Shown here one piece after another: positions 45,030 through 58,999 of a stretch of DNA of 64,000 nt. A program made the translations under genes and the position numbers. Positions within the stretch are counted from its first letter, which is position 1, and each line of letters starts with the position of its first letter. Location: contig OX597838.1 in assembly GCA_951406725.2 (NCBI GenBank), positions 22,444,001 to 22,508,000 on the forward strand, read 5' to 3'. The notes under the pieces were generated by a model. That model made no database searches. It was not told the DNA's origin and saw only the letters and a program-made list of their open reading frames with translations. This DNA is from Octopus vulgaris (taxonomy: Eukaryota).

Positions 45030-45123
<94 letters not shown>

Positions 45124-45576
45124 CATTGTCACTCGAACCATTTACAACTGTATTCGCAGGAAGGATTATCAGAGGTAAACCACGACAAGAATGTTTCTAT
45201 GTCTTTACACAAATATAAACACTCGTAGAAAAGTGGTTGTCGACCATTTTGTTTTTATTTATCGACCTCTTTGATTCCCATTTTATTGTACAGGACATCC
45301 ATAGCCATTCGATGTATATAAAAACAAAATCCAACTGCATTATTATATGTATATGTGTGTGTGTTTGTCTGTGTGTATGTGTTTACGCGTGTATCCATTT
45401 ATAGATACATATTAATTTTTAAATATCACTCGAGCGCCCACACATTTTCGCGCGTTTGTGTACAGTTGTTCGTATGTATGTATGTATGTATGTATGTATG
45501 TTTGTATGTATGTATGTATGTTTGTATGTATGTATGTATGTATGTATGTTTGTATGTATGTGTGTGTGTATGTATG

Positions 45577-45610
<34 letters not shown>

Positions 45611-45712
45611 TATATGTATGTATGTATGTATGCATGTATGTATGTATGTATGTATGTATATATGTATGTATATATGCATGTATGTATGTATGTATGTATA
45701 TATGTATGTATG

Positions 45713-45743
<31 letters not shown>

Positions 45744-45992
45744 ATATGTATGTATATATGTATGTAAGTATGTGTGTGTGTATGTATGTATGTGTGTGTG
45801 TATGTATGTATGTATGTATGTGTGTGTGTATGTTTGTATGTATGTATGTATGTATGTATGTATGTATGTTTGTATGTATGTATGTATGTATGTATGTATG
45901 TATGTATGTATGCATGCATGTATGTAAGTATGTATGTATGTATGTATATATGTATGTATGTATGTATGTATATATGTATGTATGTATGTATG

Positions 45993-46026
<34 letters not shown>

Positions 46027-46040
46027 TGTATGTATGTATG

Positions 46041-46074
<34 letters not shown>

Positions 46075-47096
46075 TGTATGTATGTATGCATGCATGTATG
46101 TATGTATGTATGTATGTATGTATGTATGTATGTATGTATGTATATGTGTGTGAGTGAATGTGTACGTGTATGTGTGTGTATGTGTGTGAGGACACATGAC
46201 CTACAGGATTCCATTCATAGACCGGATGGTGCGTCGTTTTCTTGAAACATATGTAGCGCACATTTTACCCGTTCCAATCTCACAATTTGAATTCATATAT
46301 ACATGCATACATATATATATATAACGGGAAGCTTTATGAAAATAAACAAAAGACGAAGGCAGGTGGAGTACAAACAAACAATTGTATTAGTATGGCGCTC
46401 AGGAATATAAATAAAACAAGTCTTTGTTTCGAGCCTACGTCTTCAACAGAAAGATACACAGAAAAGAAACACACACATATATATATATATATGTGGGGGG
46501 GTGTATGTATGTATGCATGTATGTGTGTGTATATATGTATAGATAGACAGACAGACAGATAGACAGATAGATAGATACATACATACATACATACATGCAT
46601 ACATTCATACATACACACATACATACATACATACATACATACATACATACATACATACATACATACATACATACCACAATATCTCGCCATTTCTATCTGA
46701 TTGCCATTCACCGGCAATATATACCAGCTTCCAAATTTGCCTATCGTTACCAACTGAACGCTTTACATTCGCCACTGTTTTCACGTCTTCTGACAAACAC
46801 ATCAGACATTTTGTAAAAGCCAGCCCTTGGCGAAATTGTCTAACTTGTAATAAATAATTGACGTCACGTCATCTATTGGTTCTTTTCTGTTTATTTAATG
46901 GCTGAAATTTTGGGTATGATTTTGAGAGCAGTTATATGCGTGCATGTATGCGTGCGTGCGTGTGTGAGAGGGGGAGAAAAAGAGAGAGTGTGTGTGTGTG
47001 TGTGTGTGTGAGAGAGACAGGAGGGAGAGAAGGAGAAAAGGATGTTTGTGTATTTTTGTGTGTGTATTAAAGAGAGAGAGAGAGAGTGTGTGTGTG

Positions 47097-47256
<160 letters not shown>

Positions 47257-47295
47257 TAGATAGATAGAGATAGATAGAGAGATAGATAGATAGAG

Positions 47296-47338
<43 letters not shown>

Positions 47339-48563
47339 CAGACAGATAGGATGGTGTGTATGTATGTATGTATGCATGTATTTATGAATGTATGTATGTG
47401 TGTATACATGCATGTACGTATGAGTGATATATGTATGTATATATGTTGGTAGGTAGGTAGGTAGGTATGTATGTAGGTAGGTAGGTAGGTAGGTAGGTAG
47501 GTAGGTAGGTAGGTATGTAGGTAGGTAGGTAGGTAGGTAGGTAGGTAGGTAGGTAGGTAGGTAGGTAGGTTCCAAATTGAAAGAATGCTTTTGAAAGTAA
47601 GGAAATAACTCCAATATAAAAAGAATGAAATATGTAGAAGGGACGAGTGGAAGGAGGTGGAGTAACGGAGGAGGAGGAACGGAGGAGGAAGATTATGGAG
47701 AAAAGAAAAAGCGTAGAAGGCGGAAGAAAGTGGGGAGAATGTAGTAGGTGGGGGTGATGATGGAGGAGAATGCAAGAAAATGGCTGAATGGGGAATGTCA
47801 AAGATTTGTGATTACAAAGGATTGAACAGCAACATTGGAAATGGTACCAATCAAATGGAATAATAAAAAGGAGCCGTAGTAGTAACAACGTCAGACAATC
47901 ACAAAGGAAAAGTATTCAGCAGTAATAAATTAAAGAATGGAGTTTCCATAGAAAACCGCTGGAAGTTGTATTAATGGTCATACTAAATCTTTCTGCTCTA
48001 GACACAAGGCTTGAAATTTGAGGGGAGGGGGCTAGTTAATTGCATTGACCCCAGCATTTGACTGCTACTTGTTTCATCGACCCCGAAAGAATGAAAGGCT
48101 ACGTCAACCTCGGTGGAATTTGAACTCAGAAATCAACTGTCATAACAATATTCCTTTCTACTAAAGGGCACCATGCCTGAAATTTGGGGGGAAGGGGACT
48201 TGTTGATTATATCGACCCCAGTGTTTCACTGGTACTTAATTAATTGACTCTGAAAGCCGGCCACGATGCGATTTCAAAACACATCGTAACAAGAGCTGCA
48301 ACAAAGTACTTTGTCTGATGCACCACAGATTCTGCTAATCCAGTGATGAGTGATATTTTATCATACCCCGGGTGAGGTAAAATGCCAAGTTGACTCGGGT
48401 TGAATTCGAACTCGAAACGCAGATGAACTTAACGAAATACTCTATGCCGTCACACCCTCAGTAATACTAGCTTTACAGCGTCCTCTGTACCGTCGCTCAA
48501 AACAGTGCTTGTTCCATAGCATCCTCAACGACAAACAGACAGACAGAAAAATAGATAGATAAT

Positions 48564-48649
<86 letters not shown>

Positions 48650-49517
48650 TGTTTCTTTATTAGCCACACAGGGCTGCACACAGACAGGACAAATTACAAG
48701 GTAGAGCTTTTCTTTTGGGGGTAAAAAAAGGGGTTTGGTTTTCGATCAAAAGGATCGTAAAGGGAAAGAAAGAGGACAAAAAAAGGGGGGAATAAAATTT
48801 TAAAAAAAAGATAGATAGATAGATATAGATACATACATACATACATACATACATACATACATAGTGAAAAAATTGGCTTGTAAGAATTTTAAATAAACAC
48901 AAAAAATATATCTATTTGTAGGTTTTTCTAGAACAAATTTACAGAACGGAGATTCATTTTCCTTCAATTTTGGGAAAAAAAAAGTAAAAAGAAGAAAAAA
49001 AACTTCTTTTAAAAGATTTGTTGTTTTCGCAAGTGGTAGTTTAATGTCTTTAACTATCGCATTGAGAAATATATCTGTGGGTGTATACATACATACATAC
49101 AACGGCAGAGAACGAAAAAGGGGGAGTGAGTTACATAACCAAAGCGGAAGTTACGCAACAGTCAGACAAATTTAACAATCACTGTTATAACGAATGTGTG
49201 TGCATATACAGATTTACAAACACATGCATATATATATATATATATATGATAAAGTATAATATAATATACGAGTCGTTTGCGTCAACTAGTGTAATGTTAT
49301 ATGTATATACTATAAGAGCTCACTTTTGTTCACCACTAAAAATCATGGTGTTGAAAGTCTATCGGAGGCGGCTGGAAGTGCTTTCTCCTTGAGCGGTTGG
49401 ATATCGATTAAAATAAAAAAGGAGAAAGCAAAACATTTGGCATAATTCGAAAGCGCAATATTTAACAAAGATAATATAAACAGATGTAGTCTCTTACAGC
49501 CGTTTCTAGAATAGCTA

Positions 49518-49574
<57 letters not shown>

Positions 49575-49577
<3 letters not shown>

Positions 49578-49579
49578 TC

Positions 49580-49675
<96 letters not shown>

Positions 49676-49935
49676 TGTTTCAACTAAAGATTGGTCCAGG
49701 CCATGTCTAACTTAATAGCACCACCTGATAGGATTATCTAAATCCTGTTTAAGTCAAGTTTTGTTTATGGTCCATTCAAGTAGTGAGTTGTTGTTGAGTG
49801 AGTTGTATCCAGATATGGGTAGCTTATCCGGTGTTCCTTGAAGAAATCTGTCCAGACTCCGTTTAAAGGTGATGGGAACCTTTTCCTCTTTGATCGCTTT
49901 CGGGACAATGTCAAACAGGGCAGGGTCTGTCGAGG
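49575..49935 (-). mobile_element. CR1-clade LINE 3' fragment with (TATC)n tail
   Basis: Minus frame PALFDIVPKAIKEEKVPITFKRSLDRFLQGTPDKLPISGYNSLNNNSLLEW* (stop 49754-49756), a short UTR, then a TATC repeat. Confidence 0.7.
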
Positions 49936-49940
49936 AAAAG

Positions 49941-50142
49941 AAATTCCTTTACTCTCGACATATGTTTGGAAGACAACTTGGTTTCATTCCAAAGGAATAA
50001 AGAGTGCAAGATGCAATCTTCTCACCAGGAAAGAAAGGGAGCTCTCTTTCTTTCCTGATGAGAAGATTGCATCTTGCACCCTTTATTCCTTTGGAATGAA
50101 ACCATGTTGTCTTCGAAACATATGTCGAGAGTAAAGGAATTT
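49941..50142. repeat. Loopless palindrome (101-bp arms, centre 50041/50042)
   Basis: Arms are reverse complements with about 5 mismatches; centre GAGCTC. Confidence 0.95.
50050..50131 (+). ncRNA. Type I hammerhead ribozyme with extended, branched stem II
   Basis: ctttc CTGATGA gaaga-[43 nt]-tcttc GAAA catatg TC gagag; palindromic ACATATGT stem III. Confidence 0.72.
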
Positions 50143-50336
50143 TGTTAACATCTTCGTTCGACTCCATTCTTTCATTTATTCATATATAACACAAATTTCT
50201 GCACATGAACCCGGAGTTTCTACCCTTGGACAAGTCGCTTCAACCGTGTTTCTGACGTGAATTTGCTACCCTGGTATCGGTTCAACGAATTTTCCATGCT
50301 GACGATAAACATAGGATAATTCATTCACCTATTGAA

Positions 50337-50367
<31 letters not shown>

Positions 50368-50777
50368 TGTATGTATGTATGTATGTATGTATGTACGTAC
50401 GTATGTATGTATGTATGTATGTATGTATTCATTTAACTGCGCAATACCAAACATGCGGGTGTACCGGTATGTATATGTGCAGAAATGTATTTATACACGC
50501 TGATACACACACATCTGTATGTGTGAATGTGTTTACACAAAAAGTGTTTATTGAAAAACCAGGGAGACAGATGTCAAATGGTGATATTGTAGGAAAGGGG
50601 AGATGTAATGAACGAAGGGTTCGGGTGGAGGGGGAAGTTATAGGGATCAGGTGCTGAAGGGGTTATGCAGGGGGTAAGGAGATGTAGGAGGGGTCAGGTG
50701 AAGGTGGGGTGGCGAGTAAATAAGTGGGAGTACGAAGGTATAGGCGTGAGGAGGAGTAGAGTAGGAGAAAGCGAAAC

Positions 50778-50830
<53 letters not shown>

Positions 50831-51319
50831 GAGTAGGGGTAGGAGTAGGAGTAGGAGGAGGAGGGAAGATGAATTAAATAATGATGAATGAATGAAACGG
50901 AAAGTACAGGAGGGCCATAATGATGATGATGGTAATGATGATGATGATGAGGAAGAGGAGGAGGAGGAGGAGGAGGAAGAGGTGGCGCCGAACGAGGTTG
51001 TTGATATTGATGACGATAATGATGATGACAGTGATGGTGATGATGATGATGATGATGATAATGATGAAGATGTTGATAATGTTGGCAGTGGTAGTGATGG
51101 TGGAGGTGGTGGTGGTGGGAATGGCTTTGGTAATGATGATGTCGAAGATGGGGAGAATATGGATGAAGAGGTGAAGGGAGATGGATGATGTTAGTGTAGG
51201 GTAAGCTGTGGTAGTGATGGAGCGGCGGCGGCGGCGGCGTCGGTCGTGGTGGTAGTGATAGTGGGATTGCTGAAGATGATGATGATGATGCTACTGCTAT
51301 TAATAATGATGATGATGAT

Positions 51320-51363
51320 GATGACGGCGACGATGATGCCGATAACGATGATGATGTTGATGG

Positions 51364-51411
<48 letters not shown>

Positions 51412-51412
51412 C

Positions 51413-51447
<35 letters not shown>

Positions 51448-51486
51448 CGGCGACGATGATGCCGATAACGATGATGATGTTGATGG

Positions 51487-51525
<39 letters not shown>

Positions 51526-51558
51526 CGGCGACGATGATGCCGATAACGATGATGATGT

Positions 51559-51594
<36 letters not shown>

Positions 51595-51714
51595 CGGCGA
51601 CGATGATGCCGATAACGATGATGATGTTGATGGTGATGATGATGATGATGATGATGATGATGACGGCGACGATGATGCCGATAACGATGATGATGTTGAT
51701 GGTGATGATGATGC

Positions 51715-51720
<6 letters not shown>
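51320..51720. repeat. Higher-order minisatellite: five gacggcgacgatgatgccgataac units in (GAT)n
   Basis: Unit recurs at about 51323, 51446, 51524, 51593 and 51662. Confidence 0.9.
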
Positions 51721-51749
<29 letters not shown>

Positions 51750-52093
51750 GTGGTGGTGATGGTGGTGGTGGTGGTGGTGGTGGTAGTGATGGCGATGGTG
51801 ACGATTAGTCTTAGCGTATAGGGTGCAGAGGAGACAGGATGGGAGCAGGATTTAAGGGCGGGTGGGTAACAGTTTAAGCAGGGAAAGAGAAATAAAAGTG
51901 TAGAAACAACAACAAAAAAGAAAATAATACACACACATATACACATATACACATATACACACACACACATATACACACACACACATACATATGTGTGTGT
52001 ATGTTGGAGCGGGTATACGCATAAAGGTGTTTAATGTCTGTGTGTGTGTGCTTGCATTAGTGTGAGCGTGCGTACGGATGGATGTCAATGTAA

Positions 52094-52135
<42 letters not shown>

Positions 52136-52425
52136 TGTGTTCAGGTGTATGAATATAAGACCGCATGTGTGTGTGAGAGAGAGAGAAGTGTATGCGGCGC
52201 TTGCCCACGTGTGTGTAAGTGCGTGTGTATTTGTGTGTGCGTGTGTGTGAATGTGTGTTTGTGTGTGTGTATGTATCAGTCTGTCTGAGTGTCTGTGCGC
52301 GAGCGTGCGGCTGGCGCACGCGCTTCTCGGTCGGGGTTTACACACAAAAATGCTCACGTGCGCTATAATCTCATTCGTTCACACAAACGCAAAATTCGGT
52401 TGTTGAATTAAGTTATCTATAAATA

Positions 52426-52480
<55 letters not shown>

Positions 52481-52916
52481 TAAGGCTAGTCTAAACCTAA
52501 ATAGGGACTGGTTAATTGGGTCAAAACTATTCCTTCGTACAGACACACACACACACACACATACACACAGATATAGACACGCATACACACACCCACACAC
52601 GCACACACACACACACATAGATATAGACACGCATACACACACCCATACATACAGACATAAACCCATACGCAGGCACACACTTATGCTTATACATGTGTGT
52701 GTGTGTGTGTGTATTAAGGATGTCTGCGTATGATTTTGTTAAGTTCATGGACATATCCACTTCGTTTGCACATAACCACAAGTGGAATTAAGAACGCGCT
52801 TACTTTTAGATGAATGAAGTTTACTGAAGTAGAGCGGGTACTCCCCCCCCCAGTCCGTTTGTAAATTGGAGGCGGGGGTGAGGGTTAAAATAAACATGCG
52901 CATATAGATAGATAGG

Positions 52917-53055
<139 letters not shown>

Positions 53056-53085
53056 GCGGACAGACAGACAGACAGACAGACAGAC

Positions 53086-53156
<71 letters not shown>

Positions 53157-53234
53157 CACACACACACACACCCACACACACACATACATACATCCGATCA
53201 AACATTGATAGAGAGATAGACATACATGCTCAGA

Positions 53235-53550
53235 CCCCCTTCGGTCATGACTGACCATGGGATCGCACCTAGAAAATTACCCTCCTAGGCACAAGTCCGG
53301 GCAAGGTTGTTTATGGAAGACCAGCAGTCACTCATGCATACCAGCCTGCCCTCTTCACGCCACCCGGGTTATCCAAGGGAAAGTGTTATCCAGCTTGGCA
53401 CCTGTGACTCATTTCTACGGCTGAGTGAACTGGAGCAACGTGAAATAAAGTGTCTTACTCAAGAACACAACACGCAGTTCGGTCCGGGAATCGAACTCAC
53501 AACCTCACGATCGTAAGCCCGACTCTCTAACCACTGAGCCATGCGCCTTC
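53235..53550 (-). mobile_element. SINE family B
   Basis: Reverse complement of family B. Confidence 0.85.
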
Positions 53551-53591
53551 ACGGAGACATACATACAAATAAATAAACAGATAAATAGAGA

Positions 53592-53624
<33 letters not shown>

Positions 53625-54069
53625 TAGACAGACAAGCAAACAGACACACAGACAAACAGACACACAGGCAGTGACATACATGCGTGCATACATACATACA
53701 TACATACATACATACATACATACATACATACATACATACATTCGTACACACCTACATATAGACATACATAAACACATACATAGATGGCTAGATGGCTGTG
53801 TAGTAAAAGGATTGCTTCCCAACGACATGGTTTCGGGTTCAGTCCCACTGCATGGTACCTTGGCAAGTGTCTTTTACTACAGCTCTGTGCAGCCGACCAA
53901 AGTCCTGTGAGTGGATTTGGTAGACGGAAACCAAAAGAAACCCATCTTCACGAATATATAGTGCGGGTATATAGTTGGCAAAATAAAAATAATAATAATA
54001 ATAATAATGACCATACCGAAATATCTGTTTCAACGCACGGTTTCACAAGAGTTACGGAATGGAGTAGAT

Positions 54070-54317
54070 AAGATCTGGGTTACATAGTTTCATAGCGAGC
54101 GGAACCTCAGAAATGGTAAAAATCCAAGCGAGGTGTATACCGCAAAGCTACACTTCAGGCCAAGGACATATTGATTAAAATCTTGATTTAACCAAGGCTA
54201 TCTTGGTTTTAATCAAGACATCCTTGGCCTAAAGAGTAACCAGCAATATACACCTCGCTTCGATATTTACCACTCCCGAGGTCCCGCTCGCTGTGAAGCA
54301 TATGTACCCTGGATCTT
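54070..54317. repeat. Diverged long inverted repeat (~115-bp arms)
   Basis: catagcgagcggaacctc / gaggtcccgctcgctgtg, aagcgaggtgtata / tatacacctcgctt and aggccaagga / tccttggcct pair symmetrically. Confidence 0.85.
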
Positions 54318-54790
54318 GTAGTTGTCTTGTACTCTGTTTTTTCGTTGTTAAAAAAATGGTCCGTTCCATGCTGTCTTTACGTTTTCGTTTCTCGTTGAGT
54401 TCTACGTCTATTTGTGGTGTCCTGTACACATGTATATATATTTATATATGCATGTATATATACATGTAGATGTAGGTACGTACATATATGTTTGAATGTA
54501 CGCATATATTTTATTTATTACACTATTGTATGACAGAGCGCCGTCGCGTCGATTCGATTCGATTCGTTTCGTTTCGTTTCGCTTCTTCTTCTTCTCTAAG
54601 CTGGTTTATATATATATATATATAATCCCACTGGATTGGGAGAAAGCGCTAATCCGAATGATATGATCTGAATGATATGATATATATGTAAAAAATGTAA
54701 TATATAAATAAATATCTATAAATATGAACCATCCGATCTGATTACCTCATTTTTTCTAAAATATAATACCTGTACATCATCTCCAAACCT

Positions 54791-54849
<59 letters not shown>

Positions 54850-54978
54850 GAAAAATACAAACTGGGACAAGAACGTAAAACATTTAGAAAACGGTACAAA
54901 AAACACGGACGGGACATTCGAAGCTTTCAATCTTCAGTCAAGAACCGGATCATCCTATCAATTTCGGCTGATTAATCT

Positions 54979-55095
<117 letters not shown>

Positions 55096-55179
55096 TAAGG
55101 GTAGAAATTGATATTAATCAATTAAAACCAGTGGCTTAGCATATTTTTTAAAAATCCGAAGATTAAAAATTGTTTTACA

Positions 55180-55334
55180 TACAAAATTTGGAGGACTGAC
55201 CACTAAAAGTGGACAGCCTATATGCTAAACATAGACGTCAAATCGCCATTACTACGAAGAATGTGGTAATGGCGATTTGACGTCTATGTTTAGCATATAG
55301 GCTGTCCACTTTTAGTGGTCAGTCCTCTAAATTT

Positions 55335-55338
<4 letters not shown>
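55180..55338. repeat. Long inverted repeat (~76-bp arms, ~7-nt loop)
   Basis: tacaaaatttggaggactgacc... / ...ggtcagtcctctaaattttgta; sits between (TA)n tracts. Confidence 0.95.
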
Positions 55339-55401
<63 letters not shown>

Positions 55402-55724
55402 GAAATATGTTACAAAAAGAAAATATAAAATACACGTGGAAATGTAAGGGTAAAATATGAAATATCAACGAAAATGCACATTGCAAATAAAAAAAAGGCT
55501 ATTTATGACAGGTAACAACAAATAAATACATTTAGATTGACTGAGGTAGTAATAAGAGTCATAAAAGACATTATTATGAGATGATTATGAGATGATAATA
55601 AAGTAAGAGAACAAAACGGACCATGGTTTACGCAAAGCTATTCATCGTTTGAAAAACACCGGCTAAAAGCGGTGTGTATATATATATATGTATATATACA
55701 CGCACACAAACTTATATACATATA

Positions 55725-55931
55725 CGAGGTGATGCTGAAAAGTCCCTGGGTGTCGGAAAAGGCCTGGCTGGAAGCCCAACACTCAGAGTTATTTTACAGG
55801 ACTTAGAAAAAGCAGAACGACCACTGCAATAAGTGTGTGAACCTGAGAGGCGAATATGTTGAATAAAATCATAATTAACTGATCCTCCTGTATTTTCTTT
55901 TACCGAAAGCCAGGAACATTACAGCACCTCT
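55725..55931. mobile_element. Mariner-type MITE, uninterrupted copy
   Basis: TA-cgaggtgatgctgaaaagtccctgg ... ccaggaacattacagcacctc; body is the reverse complement of 43193-43769 minus the SINE. Confidence 0.65.
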
Positions 55932-56400
55932 TCACCTATATACTGTATGTGTGTATGTGTGAGAGATAAACAAAGAGAGAGACAGAGAGAGAAAGACGAA
56001 GAGAGTGAGAGAAAGAAAGATTATGCGATTAACATTGTTCTCACATTGGACGTATGCCGTGAAAATGGTGTTACACGCTACTTCCTCATTTGGCATTGGC
56101 ACGTGATCAAGTTTAATTTGCATACTTCGCACCCGCTTGACGAGTGTTTTACAGACTGATGGAATCTCTCTTTTCTCACGTGTAACCGAAATCACCAGAC
56201 CATATCATATTTTGTTATAGTTATTTATGTCAAATCGCAAAGGTCTCCAAGGCCTTTCCAACCGATGCCCTTGTTTTTTTTCGGGTTTTTTTCGCCGACA
56301 AACAGACACATACACACAACACAGACACATACACATACACACACGTGACTGAGTCAAATGGCTGAAACAAGTAAAAGAACACGAAAGAAATATATATATA

Positions 56401-56791
56401 TCTATATATATATATATATAAAGCTGATGTCTGTGTGTGTGTGTGTGGCAGGTTTGGTAGCCTTCAACTAACGCTATCTCTTCCGAGACCCTACGGCGCA
56501 AGTTGACCAAAATTGAGAGTATGATAGAAGAAGGCTTGCTCTTCATTCCATAGAAGACAAAATTCAAATCGGACCATGTTAATACCAAAAATTATTTACA
56601 TCAAAAAGGTGCTTTTTTTCTATGAAAATCCCTATTTTTTACGATTTTTTGACTGCTGTCTCGCCATTTTTCGGTGTATTTTAACTAGGAAAATGTTCAC
56701 TTAAAGAGAACAACAAGCTACATAATGCAAAATTTTTACTTTTCAAAAATTCCAATTCTAAAGGGTCGAGCAACGCCGGGCGATATTGCTA

Positions 56792-56792
<1 letters not shown>
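56401..56792 (+). mobile_element. Non-autonomous Helitron
   Basis: Begins A|TCTATATATA..., ends with GC-rich imperfect hairpin gtcgagcaacgccgggc about 8 nt before CTAG|T; A/T insertion site with no TSD. Confidence 0.7.
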
Positions 56793-56849
<57 letters not shown>

Positions 56850-57005
56850 GTGTGAGTGAGTGTGTGCGCGCGCGCGCGCGTGTAAGTCTCGAAATCCGGA
56901 AAAACCATCTTTATAAGTCAATGACCCGGAAAGGACCTTTAATCGTTGTTTTCAAATTACTCGGCTAAATCGACCGATAAAATAAACATCAGGCTGAACA
57001 CACAC

Positions 57006-57056
<51 letters not shown>

Positions 57057-57209
57057 AATTCACATGAATAATCCAAGTCTACAGGTTTAATTGTAGCAGA
57101 TTCCTGTTGATATAATCTATTATCTCTAATCCAACGCATATCACCGATACAGTTCTTTCCCAAAATTATCTACAATGGACGGATATGCCTCCTCACCTTG
57201 TCCGTTGTT

Positions 57210-57255
57210 ATCACAACGTTTCGGCTAGTGTACTCTCCAACCTTCATCAGGTGTC
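57210..57255 (-). ncRNA. Minimal type I hammerhead (family shared with 15206-15251)
   Basis: gacac CTGATGA a-ggttgg-agagtaca-ctagcc GAAA cg TT gtgat; AACGTT palindrome in place of stem III. Confidence 0.7.
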
Positions 57256-57447
57256 CTGGTGGAAATTTCGAACCCGGCCCTTTATCTGACTAAAGGGAGA
57301 CATTGTTCTCATCCCTAAGGTATGTTGCCGATGTTATTATTTTGCAAGTCCCTGCAACATATAACGTTCAGGAATAGAAATGTATATATATGTATATATA
57401 TATACATATATACATACATGCATACATACATATATATATACACACAG

Positions 57448-57510
<63 letters not shown>

Positions 57511-58169
57511 CAGGTTTATTCCCTAATTTTTTAGGACAGTTAACCACAAGTCAGACACTAGGCCTTTCATTCATTTCCCAGCTCAAAGGGGCGAGCCCCG
57601 TTCTATGCTCTGGTCAAGGCATAGAACGCAACCTCCAATGTCAGCAGCGTGGCCCGACAGCATACGCTAGTTTACTACCCCCGCCGAATCATGCTGATTG
57701 TGTACCCACCTTTGAGCAACATCAAAATTCACTCATCCGTCCACAAACAAACACTCTCCGAGCTTTCCTATCATTTATAAACTGTCTTGCCTCTCTCACT
57801 CCAACGCATTTAACCATCAAAGCTCTCCTCACTCCATCCATCCTCACAACCTGACAGACCAGAAACAATTCAAGTACAGTTTTACAGCAAATTACCGTAA
57901 CAAAATTTGTCGATAAGACGGTGTGAAAATGAAATTAAGCTTGTTTCCAGCGGTTGATTATGCGACTAGAATCTAATTCCAGTCGCATAATTAACCGAGG
58001 TTTGTGGGGATGGGTGGAGTATATTATTTATAATGGACGGGAACCATTATAAATAATATACTTAATTCCGCATCTAAAAAAAAAGATTGAATAGTACTCT
58101 CCATGTTCAGTGTAAGGTGACAGTTATTTGACGTCTTGACGCCACGATATATAATAAACACTGAGGTTT

Positions 58170-58880
58170 TTTATTTCTTTATTGCCCAAAACGGGCTAAA
58201 CATAGAGGGGACAAACAAGGGCAGACAAAGGGATTAAGATGAAATGCCTATTTCTTTACTACCCACAAGGGCTAAACACAGAGAGGATAAACAAGGACAG
58301 ACAAAAGGATTGAGTCGGTTATATCGACCCAAGTGTGCAACTGGTACTTATTTAATCGACCCCGAAAGGATGAAAGATGAAATAACAAGACGAAATACCG
58401 CTAAGCATTTCGCCCGGCGAGCTAACGTTTCTTATGTCTTTATTGCCCACAATGAGCTAAACATAGAAGGGACAAACAAGGACAGACAAAGGGATTAAGT
58501 CGATTACATCGGCCCCAGTACGTAACTGGTACTTATTTAATCGACCCCGAAAGGATGAAAGGCAAAGTCGACCTCGGCGGAATTTAACTCAGAACGTAAC
58601 GACAGACGAAATACCGCTAGGCATTTCGCCCAGCATGCTAACGTTTCTTATTTCTTTAATGCTCACAAAGGGCTTAACATAGAAGGGACAAACAAGGACA
58701 GACAAACGGATTAAGTCGATTACATCGGCCCCAGTGCGTAAATGGTACTTAATTTATCGACCCGGAAAGGATGAAAGGCAAAGTCGACCTCGGCGGAATT
58801 TGAACTCAGAACGTAGCAGCAGACGAAATATCGCTAAGCATTTCGCCCGGCGTGCTAACGATTCTGCCAGCTCGCCGCCT
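58170..58880 (-). mobile_element. SINE family D tandem array (3-4 units)
   Basis: Repeated gggacaaacaaggacagacaaa...ggcaaagtcgacctcggcgg units. Confidence 0.85.
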
Positions 58881-58999
58881 AATAAACGTTGAGGTTTCTT
58901 GTGAGAGAGACAGACAGACAGACAGAGATGCTCAGAACCCTTGATGTCTCAGCTGTTAACATTGGCATACTAAAAAAGTTAAAATATATATCTATTTGT

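Noticed and set aside
51320-51720. CRISPR-like repeat-spacer array
   Set aside because: The spacers are just (GAT)n, the context is eukaryotic and there are no cas genes.
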